Below, piece after piece: positions 9,629-19,498 of a stretch of DNA of 64,000 bases. This DNA comes from Gemmatimonadota bacterium (GTDB lineage Bacteria > Gemmatimonadota > Gemmatimonadetes > Gemmatimonadales > GWC2-71-9), in NCBI GenBank assembly GCA_036679605.1, contig JAZDCZ010000254.1, forward strand, positions 96,001 to 160,000, in the 5' to 3' direction. The position numbers were made by a program, and so were the translations under genes. Within the stretch, counting starts at the first letter, position 1, and each line of letters opens with the position of its first letter. The notes beneath the pieces were generated by a model that had not been told where the DNA came from, searched no databases, and worked only from the letters and a program-made list of their open reading frames with translations.

Positions 9629-10432
9629 TCAACGTGACGCGAAGCTATCACGTTTCCAGCGATACGGAAGCTCTACGCTGCTCCCACTAACTTGCGCAGT
9701 TTCCAATAGGTCGAACGCACTCTGCATGACAGCAATCTGCTGCGCCTTACGAAACGGCTCACCGAACACTTGGCCCAATCGGAATCGTACTACCACGTTC
9801 CGAGGAGCCGGAAGTGCGGCCGTTGCGCTGGGCATTACACTAAGTGTGACCGTGGAGATTCCGCGGGCCTCCACCGCCCTAGCTACCAGGCTCACGGACT
9901 GGTGACATGTTGGTCAGCCCGGTGATGCCAAGACGGCATCGACTCGATCGTTGGCAAACAGTTCCGCAATTTCTCCCGCGGTATCCTCGACCAACTTTTG
10001 TCGTTCGCGACCCAATATGTGGCCCATGAATGCAACATGCCGCGGGGCGCTAGCCCCTACGGTCCGTTCCAAGACCATCTCACGTAGACGCTCTATGGGA
10101 AGAACGCAATTTACATCGCGGTCGGCCGCAGTGTGATCGTAGTAATCGTGCGTTATCTGCAAATTTGCCACATCGGCCTCTGCCGGTATGATCCGAAACG
10201 TGGCGTCGCCCTCAGGGTTGCCCATATCAAATGGTTCCTGCGAATTGAGATGGACTCCCGCAGATGTGAGCAAGCCGACTCTGGCGCCCGAAAGGGGATC
10301 TACCAACCTGACAAGCTGCGGCAACGATATGGAATCTTCCCACCGCTTGCCCTTCACCTTGACATACGCCTCAGTCAGCCAAGGGAGTCTGGTATAGAGG
10401 GCCGATTTCATCCGGTTCCAGCGTCTACCCAT
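9629..10432 (-). CDS. PrdB/GrdB-like (reductase selenoprotein B family) selenoprotein with in-frame TGA at 9914-9916
   Basis: Track ORFs 9914-10471 and 9629-9895 are in the same frame: ...DAVLASPG-TGA-PTCHQSVSLVARAVEARGISTV (UxxC). Family motifs TSAGVH, GDATFRIIP, HDYYDHT, DVNCVLPIERL. AGGAGG lies 9 nt before ATG 10432. Confidence 0.85.
9885..9903 (-). promoter_or_regulatory. Candidate bacterial SECIS hairpin
   Basis: 11-29 nt 3' of the UGA: ACCAG-UCCGUGAGC-CUGGU, a 5-bp stem with G in the loop; an alternative CCUGG-UAG-CUAGG stem overlaps it. Confidence 0.4.
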
Positions 10433-10549
10433 CCCGATATCCTCCTGAGGGTCCATTCGGCCGTTTTCCAAGACGGTTGCGTGACTCGGCTTCGGAAACT
10501 AGCATCCTTTCAGCTATGTAGGTGGTTCTTCTTTGACAATCGAGGTGAA

Positions 10550-11869
10550 GTGTCCTGGGAACTTGCGCCGGAGTTCGATGCCGCGCAGCGCGCAGCGCTG
10601 AGCGCCGGAAAAAGTCTTGTTTATGTCTGTCCACCTGCCTGGTGGACAACCCTTCCCCTGTTCGAGAAACTTGGGACTCCCAGTGGCAACTCTCTCACCC
10701 TCGTTCTAGCTCCCGACCGAGCCAGTGTGGCGGACGGAGTCGCCGCACTCGGAGCTATCGAGTCTCTAGCTCCAATACACGCGCTTACAGGTTTCGGTCG
10801 CACTGCGAGCTTGCTGGTCGGGAGCAAGATCACAACCTGCATAACCACAGCACCTGATTTCTTGCAGCTGATGAGACGCAGCGGCATCGACCTGGAAACG
10901 ATAGGCCGTATCGTATTGGCGTGGCCCAACGCTCAGTTTGCGTTGGGCTGGTCCGATGCCCTTGATACGACCCTCTCTCAACTCGGTACAGTTCAGCGCA
11001 TAGTTCTGACCGAGAATCAGGAAGAGATAAACGATTTCCTGGAGCGCCACGCTCGCCGCGCGCCTGTCGTGGTGGCGGCACCAGCGCCCGGCACGCCAGA
11101 GGCGTCCCTGCGCTATGCCGTCACAGACTCAACGCGCTTGACTCAGGCCGTTCGGTCGGCGCTGGACATCATAAATCCAAAAACCATAATGATTTGGGAT
11201 CCCGACGGATCGCGTGCGGCGACGTGGCAGACGGTTCTCTGCGACGCTGAAATCTCGGTGAACACCGATCCGCCTCACAAGGTAGACTTGGCAATCGCGG
11301 TGGACCTGCCAACTGTTGAGGTCCTCCGGGAACTAGCGACAGCCGCTGATCAGATCTTGGCATTGGTTCGCCCAATCCAAGCGAACTACGTAAAGTCGTT
11401 GGCGCTCAAGACTAGGGCATTTCGTCTTCAGTCGGAGGCCGATTTGGCACGGGATCGCGCGGGCATGCTGCGCGAACGTATCCGCCACACGATCTCCAGT
11501 ACGGACACCGACGCCGCGTTGCTCACGCTGGCTCCCTTGTTCGATGAATATGACCCGACTGTTGTGGCCGCCGCCCTTGCCGTTCAGGCCGTGGCGACAA
11601 CTTCAGAGCCCGCTGACGGAGAGGTACCTGAGGCATGGGCCCGCATTCGAATCAGCGCCGGTCGCGCCGACCGGATCAGAACCGGCGATATTGTCGGCGC
11701 CCTTCTGAACGCGGTCGGCGTACAAAAGGATCAGATCGGGCGAGTCGAACAGCACGACAGATTCTCGCTAATCGAGGTACGCCCGGAGGCCTTTCAAAGA
11801 GCGCTGGATGGCCTAAACGGCATTGCCATCAGAGGTACCAACATCACTGCCCAGATCGATCGGCGATAA
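10550..11869 (+). CDS. Degenerate DEAD-box helicase-like protein with C-terminal DbpA-type RNA-binding domain
   Basis: GTG 10550 after GAGGTG. Remnant Q motif (AAQRAAL), Ia (LVLAPDR) and Ib (ITTAPD); C-terminal ISAGRADRIRTGDIVGAL...IGRVEQHDRFSLIEV. Confidence 0.75.
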   Translation: MSWELAPEFDAAQRAALSAGKSLVYVCPPAWWTTLPLFEKLGTPSGNSLTLVLAPDRASVADGVAALGAIESLAPIHALTGFGRTASLLVGSKITTCITTAPDFLQLMRRSGIDLETIGRIVLAWPNAQFALGWSDALDTTLSQLGTVQRIVLTENQEEINDFLERHARRAPVVVAAPAPGTPEASLRYAVTDSTRLTQAVRSALDIINPKTIMIWDPDGSRAATWQTVLCDAEISVNTDPPHKVDLAIAVDLPTVEVLRELATAADQILALVRPIQANYVKSLALKTRAFRLQSEADLARDRAGMLRERIRHTISSTDTDAALLTLAPLFDEYDPTVVAAALAVQAVATTSEPADGEVPEAWARIRISAGRADRIRTGDIVGALLNAVGVQKDQIGRVEQHDRFSLIEVRPEAFQRALDGLNGIAIRGTNITAQIDRR

Positions 11870-11917
11870 AGCGCCTTCTCAATACTGTGTCGGAACGCCT
11901 GGGCCCATCTGGGCCGA

Positions 11918-12205
11918 TTACTTCTTGTTTACGGCGTCCTTGAGCGCCTGTCCTGCCTTGAATGCAGGTACCGTCGCCGCAGCGATCTGCAGAGACTGGC
12001 CAGTACGAGGATCTCTGCCGGTCCGGGCCGCGCGCGCGCGCGCCACAAAGCTGCCGAAACCTGTTATCTGAACCTTCCCACCCTTGGCCAGCTCGCCGGC
12101 GATGATGCCATCCGACGAGAACAGTGCTTCGACTGCCCTGGTGGCATCCGCCTTCGATATCTCGGCCCTGGACGCAATCGCATCCATCAACTCTGACTTG
12201 TTCAC
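11918..12205 (-). CDS. hup: DNA-binding protein HU
   Basis: (M)NKSELMDAIA...VQITGFGSF...RTGRDPRTG...VPAFKAGQALKDAV; true start GTG 12205, 95 aa. Confidence 0.95.
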   Translation of the reverse strand: MNKSELMDAIASRAEISKADATRAVEALFSSDGIIAGELAKGGKVQITGFGSFVARARAARTGRDPRTGQSLQIAAATVPAFKAGQALKDAVNKK

Positions 12206-12374
12206 CTTTCCCCCAGTCTTTGAAGTTTCTCCCGCGCGGGCCCACACCCAACCTGCCCACGGGGCCATTAGACACCAAAACAAGTAGTAGCTCAAACGCA
12301 GTATGGCAAGCGCCTTGATTCTCTGGGAGGGCGGCGATAACCTCATTCTCTCCCGTTCTGAAGGGGTTTTCGTA

Positions 12375-12980
12375 GTGGCACCAGGCAAGCACGCTGGCCA
12401 TCTGGAGGTGATTGCCGGCGTAATGTTCTCCGGCAAGAGTGAGGAAATGATCAGGCGCGTCCGACGGGCAGTCATCGCACGCAAGACTGTCCAGGTCTTC
12501 AAGTCGCACTTGGACGACAGATATGTCGGTGTTCAGGCGGTGACAACGCACGACGGGCTTACCGTCGAAGCCCAACCGATCGATTCATCTCGGGAGATCG
12601 TTCGTGAGATCCGCCGCGATGCCGTGGTCATAGCAATAGACGAGGCACAGTTCCTCGACCGCGGTATCGTCGAAGTGTGCACGCTCCTTGCCAACCAGGG
12701 AAGACGGGTCATTCTAGCCGGTACCGATACCGATTTCAGGGGTCTACCCTTTGGCTCGATGCCAGAGTTGATGGCCGTGGCAGAACAGGTGGACAAGCTC
12801 CACGCAATCTGTGTCGTCTGTGGAGAACCGGCTTGCCGGAATCAAAGATTGATCGACGGCCGACCCGCGGTATACGACTCCCCCACCATCATGGTCGGCG
12901 GCAGTGAAAGTTACGAAGCCCGCTGCCGCGCTTGCCACGAGGTTCCAAGGGTCGACCAGAGCCAGGTAGCATTTCTGTAA
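12375..12980 (+). CDS. tdk: Thymidine kinase
   Basis: GVMFSGKSEE, IDEAQF, DFRGLPFG, Zn lasso CVVC...YEARCRAC; start GTG 12375 preferred. Confidence 0.95.
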   Translation: MAPGKHAGHLEVIAGVMFSGKSEEMIRRVRRAVIARKTVQVFKSHLDDRYVGVQAVTTHDGLTVEAQPIDSSREIVREIRRDAVVIAIDEAQFLDRGIVEVCTLLANQGRRVILAGTDTDFRGLPFGSMPELMAVAEQVDKLHAICVVCGEPACRNQRLIDGRPAVYDSPTIMVGGSESYEARCRACHEVPRVDQSQVAFL

Positions 12981-12993
12981 CCGGCGACCTCCA

Positions 12994-13617
12994 GTGTTGA
13001 ACGTAGCGCTGACCGGCAATGTCGCTGCCGGCAAATCAACCGTGCTCACCTGGTTTGCCAAGTGGGGCGCTAAGATCATCGATGCGGACCTCCTCGTACG
13101 AGAGGCACAAGAACCCGGTACGGATACCCTCGCAGCAATCGCCCGCCGTTTTGGGAAGGAAGTATTGCAAGACGACGGGTCGCTGGACCGCGCTGCTCTG
13201 CGGGGCATTGTGCTGGCTGACGATCAGGCCCTGGCCTCGCTAAACGCCATCATTCATCCCGCGGTGAGACGCCGTCGCGCCGAACTCGCTCGGGAAGCTG
13301 CAGACAGCGGAGAGCCCATCCTGATCAATGATATTCCACTGCTTTTCGAGGTACTCGATCCCAAAGATTTCGACCTGATCGTTCTGGTAGATGCACCCGT
13401 CGCTGTCCGTCGGGCCCGACTAATCGCTTCACGGGGGCTTGCCGAGGACGATGCGGATCGTCTGATCGCCTCCCAGATCCCTGCCGATCGCAAGAGGTCC
13501 CGAAGTGATATCCTGATTGAGAATGACGGTACCGAGGACCAGCTCAGGCAGAGAGCGCAGGTTGCATGGGAGCAGATCCAACAGCGGGCAGTTGACAGCC
13601 CGAGCACGCCCGAATAA
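12994..13617 (+). CDS. coaE: Dephospho-CoA kinase
   Basis: ALTGNVAAGKST, IIDAD, LDRAALR, LNAIIHP, DIPLLFE. Confidence 0.95.
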   Translation: MLNVALTGNVAAGKSTVLTWFAKWGAKIIDADLLVREAQEPGTDTLAAIARRFGKEVLQDDGSLDRAALRGIVLADDQALASLNAIIHPAVRRRRAELAREAADSGEPILINDIPLLFEVLDPKDFDLIVLVDAPVAVRRARLIASRGLAEDDADRLIASQIPADRKRSRSDILIENDGTEDQLRQRAQVAWEQIQQRAVDSPSTPE

Positions 13618-13620
13618 GCT
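13592..13620 (+). promoter_or_regulatory. Sigma-70-type promoter for gcvHP, inside the coaE 3' end
   Basis: TTGACA-N17-TAAGCT, 35 nt before the gcvH ATG. Confidence 0.55.
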
Positions 13621-13655
13621 ACGCCTCGCCAACAACATCAGGATTACGGTGAGAG

Positions 13656-14045
13656 ATGTCGCGGATCCCTGAAGAGCTACAGTACAGCGAAGAACATGAG
13701 TACGTAACGGCGGCTGAGGAGGACGGCGTGTTCGTGGTGGGCATTACGGACTACGCGCAAGGTGAACTCGGCGACGTTGTCTACGTGGAGCTACCTGAGG
13801 TCGGCTCGACTTTCAGGCAAATGGAGGTATTTGGCACGATCGAGGCAGTCAAAGCCGTCTCCGAGTTATTCAGCCCGATGGCTGGCGAGGTGGTAGCGGT
13901 AAACGACGAACTGGATGGCAACCCGGACCTGGTGAACCAAGATCCGTACGGCGAGGGTTGGATGATCAAGATGCGGGCGTCAGATCCGGGCGAAATTGAT
14001 CGATTGTTGTCAGCCGCTGACTACGCACAGCATGTAGGCGAGTAG
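13656..14045 (+). CDS. gcvH: Glycine cleavage system H protein
   Basis: [24 protein letters not shown], lipoyl lysine EAVKAVS, DPYGEGW. Confidence 0.97.
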   Translation: MSRIPEELQYSEEHEYVTAAEEDGVFVVGITDYAQGELGDVVYVELPEVGSTFRQMEVFGTIEAVKAVSELFSPMAGEVVAVNDELDGNPDLVNQDPYGEGWMIKMRASDPGEIDRLLSAADYAQHVGE

Positions 14046-14086
14046 AATACGGGAAGCGGTCATACGCTGACAGGCACTCAACCAAT

Positions 14087-14118
14087 ACGCCCCGTGACTT
14101 TCCCGGGGCGTTTGTATT
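14087..14118 (+). terminator. Hairpin or partial intrinsic terminator between gcvH and gcvP
   Basis: ACGCCCCG/CGGGGCGT 8-bp stem followed by TTGTATT. Confidence 0.5.
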
Positions 14119-14134
14119 AAAAGGACCACCAGCG

Positions 14135-17041
14135 ATGGGTACGGTACTACCCCACACTGATACCGAGCAGTTTATCAACCGACATATCGGACCGCGCCCG
14201 GGCGACATCGAGGTGATGCTTGAAACCTTGGGGTTCGATTCGCTCGACGCCTTGATAGCCAGAGTGGTGCCGGAAGATATACGACTTGGACGTGCTCTGG
14301 ACCTGCCACCAGCGGCTCAGGAGCACGAGGTCTTGGCCACACTGGCCGAAATCGCGAAACAGAATCAGATTTTTCGTTCATTTATTGGCATGGGGTACGC
14401 CAACTGTATCACACCGGCGGTAATCCAACGCAACATCTTGGAGAGCCCCGGATGGTATACGGCGTACACACCCTACCAGGCCGAGATCGCCCAGGGCAGG
14501 CTCGAGGCCCTGCTGAACTTTCAGACCATGGTGTCAGATCTCACCGGTCTGGAGATTGCCAACGCATCACTTCTCGACGAAGCAACGGCGGCGGCAGAGG
14601 CGATGACGATGACGGTAGCTGCTACCAAGCCGACCGATAGTACTGCGTACCTCGTAGATCAAAACTGTCACCCCCAAACAATTGCGGTTTTGGAGACCCG
14701 GGCGAGGGCACGAGGAATCGAGCTTAAAGTCGAGGATCCACATGGATTTGAATTCACGGAAGGGGTGATCGGTGCCCTGGTCCAATATCCGGGAAGCGAT
14801 GGAGCCCTGACGGACCCCGCAGCGATCTGTGACAGGGCCCACGCGGCCGGTGCGTTAGTAACGGTGGCAACCGATCTCTTAGCCCTTACGTTGCTAAGAT
14901 CGCCGGGCGAGCTGGGTGCCGATGTGGCCATCGGGAACTCACAACGGTTCGGCGTCCCACTCGGGTATGGTGGGCCTCACGCGGCGTTCTTTTCCACTCG
15001 AGCCGCATACAAGCGACTGGCGCCCGGACGCATCATCGGGGTATCGCGTGACAGTTCCGGCAATCCAGCACTCCGGATGGCGTTGCAGACTCGCGAGCAA
15101 CACATTCGCCGAGACAAGGCCACTAGTAATATCTGTACTGCACAGGTATTGCTCGCGGTCATTGCCGGTGCCTACGCCAGTTACCACGGGCCCGAAGGTC
15201 TAGTGAGAATAGCCCGTCGAGTCCACGCGCTCACCGTAACGCTGGCCAAGCTGCTGGAGCGCTTGGGACACAACGTCATACACGACGCATACTTCGATAC
15301 TTTGTGCGTGAAGATCGAGAAGTCTCTCGCCGCAAAGGTGCTCGAAGCAGCCAGGAAGTCCGGAATCAACCTGCGCGACATGCCCGATGGTAGAATCGGC
15401 ATATCATTGGACGAGATTTCTACGCTGGCGGATGTTTCGGCCATCGCGGCAGCGTTCAGATTAGACCACGGAAAAGCAGACGACGCAGAGCAGTTGGCCG
15501 AGGAGATTGGGACCAAGACCTCGATACCCGACTCGCTGCGGCGCACGTCTTCTTTCTTGACCCATCCTGTGTTCCACAGATATCGCTCGGAAACGGAGAT
15601 GCTGCGCTATCTAAAGAAACTGGAAGCCCGAGATCTGTCGCTGACTTCAGCAATGATTCCGTTGGGATCCTGCACGATGAAGTTGAACGCTACCGTCGAG
15701 ATGATTCCTATCACATGGCCGGAATTCGCCAACATTCATCCCTTCGCACCTCGTGAGCAGGCCAAGGGATATCAGGTATTGTTCGACCAACTCGAAGCTC
15801 AGCTCGCCGAGATCTCGGGGCTGCCACACACCTCGCTTCAGCCGAACGCCGGCTCGCAGGGCGAGTTCTCGGGGTTGCTCACTATCAAAGCTTACCATCA
15901 GGGCCGAGGTGATACCGAGAGATCTATCTGCCTGATACCCAGTTCCGCACACGGTACCAATCCGGCAAGTGCGATTATGGCGGGCCTAGAGGTCGTGTCC
16001 GTCGCGACGGACACGCACGGCAACATCGACGTCGACGACCTCCGAACCAAGGCTCAGGAGCGTCGCAACGAGCTGGCGGCGCTGATGGTGACTTATCCGT
16101 CCACCCACGGAGTGTTCGAAAGCACGATTCGTGAGGTCTGCGAGATCATACATGAGAATGGCGGTCAGGTGTACATGGACGGTGCGAACCTCAACGCACA
16201 GGTAGGCTTGTGCCGTCCGGGTGACATCGGCGCCGATGTCTGTCACATCAATCTTCACAAGACTTTCTGCATTCCGCACGGTGGGGGCGGACCGGGCATG
16301 GGTCCCATCTGCACCGCAGATCACCTGGCTCCCTTCCTGCCGGACCATCCCGTGATCCCGCTGGGTCACGAACTGTCATGTGGCACCATCTCCGCGGCCC
16401 CTTGGGGTAGCCCGTCCATCCTGCCGATCTCTTGGGCATACCTTGCGCTTACGGGGCCCGATGGCCAGAAGACCGCAAGCGAGATTGCCATCTTGAATGC
16501 GAACTACATAGCGCGCAGGCTACAGGATCATTTTCCTTTGGTTTATTCGGGCAATGACAACCTCATAGCGCACGAGTGTATCGTTGACGGCCGCCCCTTC
16601 AAGACAAGCGCGGGAGTCGATGTCGCAGACATAGCAACACGGCTCATGGACTATGGATTCCATGCTCCGACGGTTTCGTGGCCGGTGCATGGGACACTGA
16701 TGGTCGAGCCGACCGAGAGCGAATCCAAGGAGGAGCTAGATCGTTTCTGCGACGCAATGATTTCGATTAGAGAAGAGATCAGAGAGATCGAGGACGGTCG
16801 CGCCGATCGTGAGATCAACCTCCTCAAGATGGCTCCGCACACTCTACAGGTTATCGCCTCGGACGATTGGGACCGGCCCTACTCGCGCGAGCGGGCCGCC
16901 TTTCCGTCGCGTGAGACCCGCGATCACAAGAGCTGGCCAACGGTGGGCCGGGTCGATGGTGCTTACGGCGATCGCAATCTCGTATGTTCTCGCCCATCCG
17001 TGGCTACACACGAAGATGCGGCGGAGCCGACCGGCGTATAG
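14135..17041 (+). CDS. gcvP: Glycine dehydrogenase (decarboxylating), single-chain
   Basis: [41 protein letters not shown] site [24 protein letters not shown]. Confidence 0.97.
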   Translation: MGTVLPHTDTEQFINRHIGPRPGDIEVMLETLGFDSLDALIARVVPEDIRLGRALDLPPAAQEHEVLATLAEIAKQNQIFRSFIGMGYANCITPAVIQRNILESPGWYTAYTPYQAEIAQGRLEALLNFQTMVSDLTGLEIANASLLDEATAAAEAMTMTVAATKPTDSTAYLVDQNCHPQTIAVLETRARARGIELKVEDPHGFEFTEGVIGALVQYPGSDGALTDPAAICDRAHAAGALVTVATDLLALTLLRSPGELGADVAIGNSQRFGVPLGYGGPHAAFFSTRAAYKRLAPGRIIGVSRDSSGNPALRMALQTREQHIRRDKATSNICTAQVLLAVIAGAYASYHGPEGLVRIARRVHALTVTLAKLLERLGHNVIHDAYFDTLCVKIEKSLAAKVLEAARKSGINLRDMPDGRIGISLDEISTLADVSAIAAAFRLDHGKADDAEQLAEEIGTKTSIPDSLRRTSSFLTHPVFHRYRSETEMLRYLKKLEARDLSLTSAMIPLGSCTMKLNATVEMIPITWPEFANIHPFAPREQAKGYQVLFDQLEAQLAEISGLPHTSLQPNAGSQGEFSGLLTIKAYHQGRGDTERSICLIPSSAHGTNPASAIMAGLEVVSVATDTHGNIDVDDLRTKAQERRNELAALMVTYPSTHGVFESTIREVCEIIHENGGQVYMDGANLNAQVGLCRPGDIGADVCHINLHKTFCIPHGGGGPGMGPICTADHLAPFLPDHPVIPLGHELSCGTISAAPWGSPSILPISWAYLALTGPDGQKTASEIAILNANYIARRLQDHFPLVYSGNDNLIAHECIVDGRPFKTSAGVDVADIATRLMDYGFHAPTVSWPVHGTLMVEPTESESKEELDRFCDAMISIREEIREIEDGRADREINLLKMAPHTLQVIASDDWDRPYSRERAAFPSRETRDHKSWPTVGRVDGAYGDRNLVCSRPSVATHEDAAEPTGV

Positions 17042-17049
17042 CAGCGACC

Positions 17050-17805
17050 GTGCTCTGGACCCTGTCTGTCGACCCTGATGGGCGACCAGGTGCTGACAAC
17101 ATGGCCCTAGATTACGCTCTCTTGCACGCAGCGCAGAACGGTCTAGGGTTCCTCCGCATCTATAAATGGTCCCCTGGTTGCCTGTCATTTGGGCGAAACG
17201 AACCAGCTAGGACTCGCTACTGCGTCGAAATGATAGCGGCTCTCGGGATCGATACGGTTCGGCGTCCCACCGGCGGACGGGCGGTCTGGCACGACGCCGA
17301 GGTGACCTACGCGGTGGCGGGACCGGCCTCAGCGTTTGGATCGCTACAAGAAACGTACAATATTGTCCATACTACTCTAGCGGCAGCACTGCGAAGGCTC
17401 GGCATCGATGCCGAGCTGGCCGCCCGCCCGAGCAAGAGACAGTCGGGAGTTGCAGGCGGTGCGTGCTTTGCCTCGCCCGCAGGAGGCGAAATCGTCGTGG
17501 GAGATCTCAAGCTCGTCGGTAGCTCACAGGTGCGTGAGGGAGATGCATTCCTCCAACATGGATCGATTCTGCTCGATGGAAACCAAGATATTGTAGCACA
17601 AGTAACTCGGGGTGACGCCACGAGACCCAATTCGACCTCTCTTTCGTCGCTGCTCGGACGAACGGTGACCTTTTCCGAAGTAGCCGAGGCGATGATGAGC
17701 GAGGTTGCGCAATCATGGGACGGGACATGGCAACAATGTGACACAATCACCGAAACCGTTGATCGAGAGAGGTTTGCCGACCCGGCCTGGACCTGGCGGC
17801 GCTGA
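17050..17805 (+). CDS. Lipoate-protein ligase / LipM-like octanoyltransferase (BPL_LplA_LipB family)
   Basis: NMALDYALL, VRRPTGGRAVWHD, ACFASP, KLVGSSQ, LQHGSI; directly after gcvP. Confidence 0.85.
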   Translation: MLWTLSVDPDGRPGADNMALDYALLHAAQNGLGFLRIYKWSPGCLSFGRNEPARTRYCVEMIAALGIDTVRRPTGGRAVWHDAEVTYAVAGPASAFGSLQETYNIVHTTLAAALRRLGIDAELAARPSKRQSGVAGGACFASPAGGEIVVGDLKLVGSSQVREGDAFLQHGSILLDGNQDIVAQVTRGDATRPNSTSLSSLLGRTVTFSEVAEAMMSEVAQSWDGTWQQCDTITETVDRERFADPAWTWRR

Positions 17806-17823
17806 ACCGATCGAAAGGATCCG

Positions 17824-19497
17824 TTGGCGATTATGATCAGAAGAAACTCTTTTCGCTCCACCCTCGTGGCGCTGCTGACGTTGGGTCTAGGATCCTGTGC
17901 TCCGGATCTAACCTGTACTGATGACTGGTGTGGCACGGCCGTGGTTGTATCCGCTGCCGAGCCCGAAACCCTACTGCCACCGTTGGCACAATTTGACACG
18001 CACATTGCCCTAGCTGATCTCCTATTCTGGAGACTAGCTGACGTAGGTCCCCAGGCGACCACGGTGGGTGACTCCGGATTCGTTGCCAGACTCGCAGATG
18101 AGTGGCAATTTGAAGACTCCGTCACAATCAGTTTTCATTTGAATCCTGCCGCCAAGTGGCATGACGGTATGCCGGTGACTGCAGAAGATGTGGTCTTCAC
18201 CTTCGGTGTCTACAGTGACCCGGAGATCAACGCGCTTGCGCTTGCGCGCGTGAACAAAATCGCGTCGGTGACAGCCCGGGATTCTCTAACCGCAGTGTTT
18301 CGATTCCACGAGCATTATTCTGAGCAGTTTTTCGATGCCGTTTACCACATGCGCATCATTCCAAAACATCTGCTCGAGGGTACTCCGCACTCGGACTACA
18401 CTTCCTCTCCGTTCGGTAGAGACCCCGTCGGGAACGGTCCATTCCGATTCGTAAAGTGGGATCCGGGAGCATCGATCGAGTTGTCGGCCGATCCTGAGTT
18501 TTTCGCAGGCCGACCTGGTCTTCGCAGAATAGTGTGGCAGTTCTCTTCGGACCCACTCACTATGGTGTCACAGTTGATCGCTGGAGAGGTAGACGTCCTC
18601 AACGTGATTCAGGGACCCGAAAACATCCCACGGGTGGCTGAACAAGCGCACCTGAAAACGCAGCGATATTTGTTGGGTGTCTATGCGTACATAGCGTTCA
18701 ACTTTCGTAGCCAGATCGGCACAGGCCAGCCTCACCCTCTGTTTGCCGACCGCGACCTGCGGCGGGCCATCACTAAGGCGGTAGATCGCTCGACAATCGT
18801 AAGCGCGGTGCTGGACGAATCGGGTGAAGTTCCTCCAGGTCCTCTCACCCGTGCACAGTGGGTATGGACGGATGACATAACAGAGATCTCTTTCAATCGT
18901 GCAGAAGCAGAACGAGACTTGCGAAATCTAGGTTGGGAGGACACGAATGCGGATGGTGTGCTGGATCGGGAGGGACGTCCGCTATCGTTCGAACTCTTGG
19001 TACCGGGCACCAGCACCGCCCGCAAACGAGCCGCAGTAATAATCCAGGATCAGCTCAAGCAGGCCGGCATTGCGATGTCGATCACCGAACTCGAACCGAA
19101 CTCGATGGGAAGCAGAGTATCAAAAGGTAAATTCGACGCGTATTTCGGTGCGTGGCAGCAAGATCCCAGTCCCGCCTCAATTGAGGAGACATGGACGACA
19201 GCAGCGATTGGTGGACCGAACTACGGGAGCTACTCCAATTCTTCGGTCGATCGGATAATTCACGGGGCCTTGTCCACCTTCGATCGCGATGCTTCACGGC
19301 GGGAGTGGAAGAAAGCGATAGATCTGATCAATGCTGACGCTCCAGCCATATGGGTTTACGCGATGACGCCGGTTGCTGGACTGCACGACCGGATAGAAAA
19401 CGTCTCCTTCGGTTCAGATGAATGGTGGAAGACGATTTGGCAGTGGCGTGTGGACCCTAAACGAATGATCGATCGGGATCTGGTCACCGCCAACTAG
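17824..19497 (+). CDS. Peptide ABC transporter substrate-binding lipoprotein (family 5)
   Basis: Lipobox LGSC; KWHDGMPVTAEDVVFT, PVGNGPFRF, LRRAITKAVDR. Confidence 0.92.
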   Translation: MAIMIRRNSFRSTLVALLTLGLGSCAPDLTCTDDWCGTAVVVSAAEPETLLPPLAQFDTHIALADLLFWRLADVGPQATTVGDSGFVARLADEWQFEDSVTISFHLNPAAKWHDGMPVTAEDVVFTFGVYSDPEINALALARVNKIASVTARDSLTAVFRFHEHYSEQFFDAVYHMRIIPKHLLEGTPHSDYTSSPFGRDPVGNGPFRFVKWDPGASIELSADPEFFAGRPGLRRIVWQFSSDPLTMVSQLIAGEVDVLNVIQGPENIPRVAEQAHLKTQRYLLGVYAYIAFNFRSQIGTGQPHPLFADRDLRRAITKAVDRSTIVSAVLDESGEVPPGPLTRAQWVWTDDITEISFNRAEAERDLRNLGWEDTNADGVLDREGRPLSFELLVPGTSTARKRAAVIIQDQLKQAGIAMSITELEPNSMGSRVSKGKFDAYFGAWQQDPSPASIEETWTTAAIGGPNYGSYSNSSVDRIIHGALSTFDRDASRREWKKAIDLINADAPAIWVYAMTPVAGLHDRIENVSFGSDEWWKTIWQWRVDPKRMIDRDLVTAN

Positions 19498-19498
19498 C

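Noticed and set aside
10133..10549. N-terminal 139 aa of the 578-aa track ORF
   Set aside because: It overlaps the selenoprotein gene on the opposite strand; helicase similarity and an SD begin at 10550.
12304..12319. Sigma-54-like TGGCAAGCGCCTTGAT upstream of tdk
   Set aside because: The -12 element is GA rather than GC, and there is no other support.
13618..13655. Glycine riboswitch before gcvH
   Set aside because: The gap is only 38 nt and no aptamer motif is present.
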